The notes beneath the pieces are model-generated. The model saw only the letters and a list, made by a program, of their open reading frames with translations, ran no database searches and was not told the origin of the DNA. Below, one piece after another: positions 24,959 to 26,090 of a stretch of 26,090 nt of DNA. The position numbers and the translations under genes were made by a program. Each line of letters starts with the position of its first letter. The first letter of the stretch is position 1. Origin of the DNA: a virus (taxonomy: Duplodnaviria > Caudoviricetes); the IMG/VR virus record IMGVR_UViG_3300006755_000007, positions 1-26,090 of that record. One strand, given 5' to 3'.

Positions 24959-25311
24959 TTCGGAAGGAGCGCCGCCGCTCGCCCGGTCAGGATGTTGGCT
25001 AGACCTTCGAGCACGTGGTTGACGTGCTCCTCGGTCTCGTCGATCGGGACCGGCAGCTTGTTGCTCCGCAGCATCTCCGCCGCCCGGTTGTAGGCCAGGT
25101 AGGTGGCGTAGCGTGCGATCGCCTCACGCGTCGTCTTCGCGCCCATCTTCTGGGTGGCGTACCCCATGTCGTTGGTGATGACCTGCCGGCTCTTGCCCAT
25201 GCGGTGGGCGATCGACTGGTACAGCTCACCGGTCGCGACGGCCGACAGAATGTCGAACTGCCGAGGCGTCAGGGGGCCCTTCTGGTTCTTGTGCTGGACC
25301 TCTTCGGTCAC
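24955..25311 (-). CDS. LuxR-type HTH transcriptional regulator (118 aa)
   Basis: GTG 25311 after GAGGAGG; LTPRQFDILSAVATGELYQSIAHRMGKSRQVITNDMGYATQKMGAKTTREAI. Confidence 0.8.
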   Translation of the reverse strand: MTEEVQHKNQKGPLTPRQFDILSAVATGELYQSIAHRMGKSRQVITNDMGYATQKMGAKTTREAIARYATYLAYNRAAEMLRSNKLPVPIDETEEHVNHVLEGLANILTGRAAALLPK

Positions 25312-25333
25312 GGTGACCTCCTCGTTCGGGGGT

Positions 25334-25402
25334 GATGTCATAAGTAAACGGCGACAAATGTCGTCTGTCAACCCCTGTCGCCAGGGAAGTACCCTGGCGA
25401 CA
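25334..25402. promoter_or_regulatory. Divergent promoter/operator region
   Basis: Promoter motif copy B (25334-25374, minus strand), dyad CGACA-AA-TGTCG in its spacer, and perfect IR TGTCGCCAGGG-N5-CCCTGGCGACA (25376-25402). Confidence 0.75.
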
Positions 25403-25632
25403 TGAACACAGAGATCACGCGCGTCACGCGCGCAGAGGCGGCCGTGCACGCGAACGTCAGCATGCGCACCATCAGCCGGTGGGCCGCCTCGGGCGCCCTC
25501 GGGAAGATCCACCGGCCGCCGAGCGGCTCGCCGGAGCCGGTCCGGTACGACCTTGCGCGCGTCCTGGAAGTCGCTCGCCGGTCACGCAGGGTGGTGACAG
25601 TAGAGTTGCCCGAACCGGACATCTCGGGTTAG
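25402..25632 (+). CDS. MerR/excisionase-type HTH DNA-binding protein (76 aa)
   Basis: VTRAEAAVHANVSMRTISRWAASGAL...VRYDLARV. Confidence 0.8.
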   Translation: MNTEITRVTRAEAAVHANVSMRTISRWAASGALGKIHRPPSGSPEPVRYDLARVLEVARRSRRVVTVELPEPDISG

Positions 25633-25652
25633 AGGATCCTCCGAAAGACAGC

Positions 25653-25744
25653 TCCTAGACGGGTTAGACGGGTACTCCGGTTAATTCTCAGATAGGATTC
25701 CTTACGCGGAGATGATCCGGACTACCTGTCTAACCCGTCTAGGA
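25653..25744. repeat. Palindromic iteron-containing element, copy 2 (candidate replication origin)
   Basis: 28-bp arms (outer 17 bp perfect: TCCTAGACGGGTTAGAC/GTCTAACCCGTCTAGGA) around a 36-nt spacer, about 100 bp before the primase-like gene. Confidence 0.9.
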
Positions 25745-25850
25745 CGTGACTAGGGCCTGGTCAGGGCACCCGCAACGAGACCGCCCCCGAACCTCAGAGA
25801 GGCACCGGGGGCGGCTCGCGCACCGTCAGTACGCACCTGAAGGGTACCGA

Positions 25851-26090
25851 ATGGACCTGATCACCGCTCTGTCACCGGAGCACTATGAGGAGCTGGTCGT
25901 CTCCTCCGTCATCGACCCGGACGTCGTCACGGCGCGTGGCTACCGGACGATGACCGGCACGGCCGCCGAGCGCGACGAGCTCGAGACCTTCGGCTTTACC
26001 CGCTACCAGATCCGCGACGACTCCTTCCCGCTCCTCCTCATCCCGATGCACGGCATGACCGGCGAGGCACGGGGCTGGCAGATCAAGCCG
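25851..26090 (+). CDS. Probable DUF3854-type primase/helicase, N-terminus (runs off the right edge)
   Basis: ATG 25851 after GAAGGG; MDLITALSPEHYEELVVSSVIDPDVVTARGY...LLIPMHGMTGEARGWQIKP. Only 80 aa are visible. Confidence 0.65.
   Translation, partial: MDLITALSPEHYEELVVSSVIDPDVVTARGYRTMTGTAAERDELETFGFTRYQIRDDSFPLLLIPMHGMTGEARGWQIKP

Larger units (their letters stand above)
1..26090. mobile_element. Tailed phage/prophage region (actinobacterial siphovirus-like), truncated at both window edges
   Basis: Contiguous terminase-portal-capsid-tail-tape measure module, lysis cassette, helicase, resolvase and primase start. No host housekeeping genes, integrase or att site seen. Confidence 0.95.

Noticed and set aside
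8680-25744. The two palindromes as att sites or transposon ends flanking a 17-kb element
   Set aside because: They would split the head module; each copy is self-complementary and the copies are diverged; no recombinase or transposase in the window.
1-26090. Gene transfer agent, tailocin or diversity-generating retroelement
   Set aside because: Replication, regulatory and many small accessory genes indicate a true phage; no sheath, reverse transcriptase or TR/VR pair seen.

Overview
High-GC siphovirus-type phage or prophage segment, most likely from Streptomyces or a related actinomycete (host inferred from GC content and gene families). Nearly all genes are on the minus strand. Right to left: a divergent regulatory switch (LuxR-type HTH on -, MerR/excisionase-type HTH on +, then the start of a probable primase/helicase on +); early/middle genes (SF2 helicase, ParB/DGQHR-type protein, Hjc-type resolvase, an SpdB/DUF2637-like membrane-HTH protein plus three small membrane proteins); a lysis cassette (amidase, holin-like protein, membrane-anchored collagen) upstream of terS/terL; then portal, MuF-like protein, protease, two capsid-type genes, major tail protein, three fibre-like genes, head-tail connectors, tail chaperones and the start of the tape measure gene. 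No integrase, CRISPR array or canonical tRNA is visible. The strongest unexplained signals are: (1) about 30 copies of GRGTACG/CGTACYC embedded frame-independently in about 0.9 kb of coding sequence over the membrane-HTH gene; (2) a ~95 bp iteron-bearing palindrome present twice, 17 kb apart; (3) a 48-nt mini-tRNA-like element (acceptor stem plus T-arm only); (4) a duplicated promoter motif and an operator cluster at the switch. All family assignments come from motif recognition and synteny, not database searches, and counts were made by hand.
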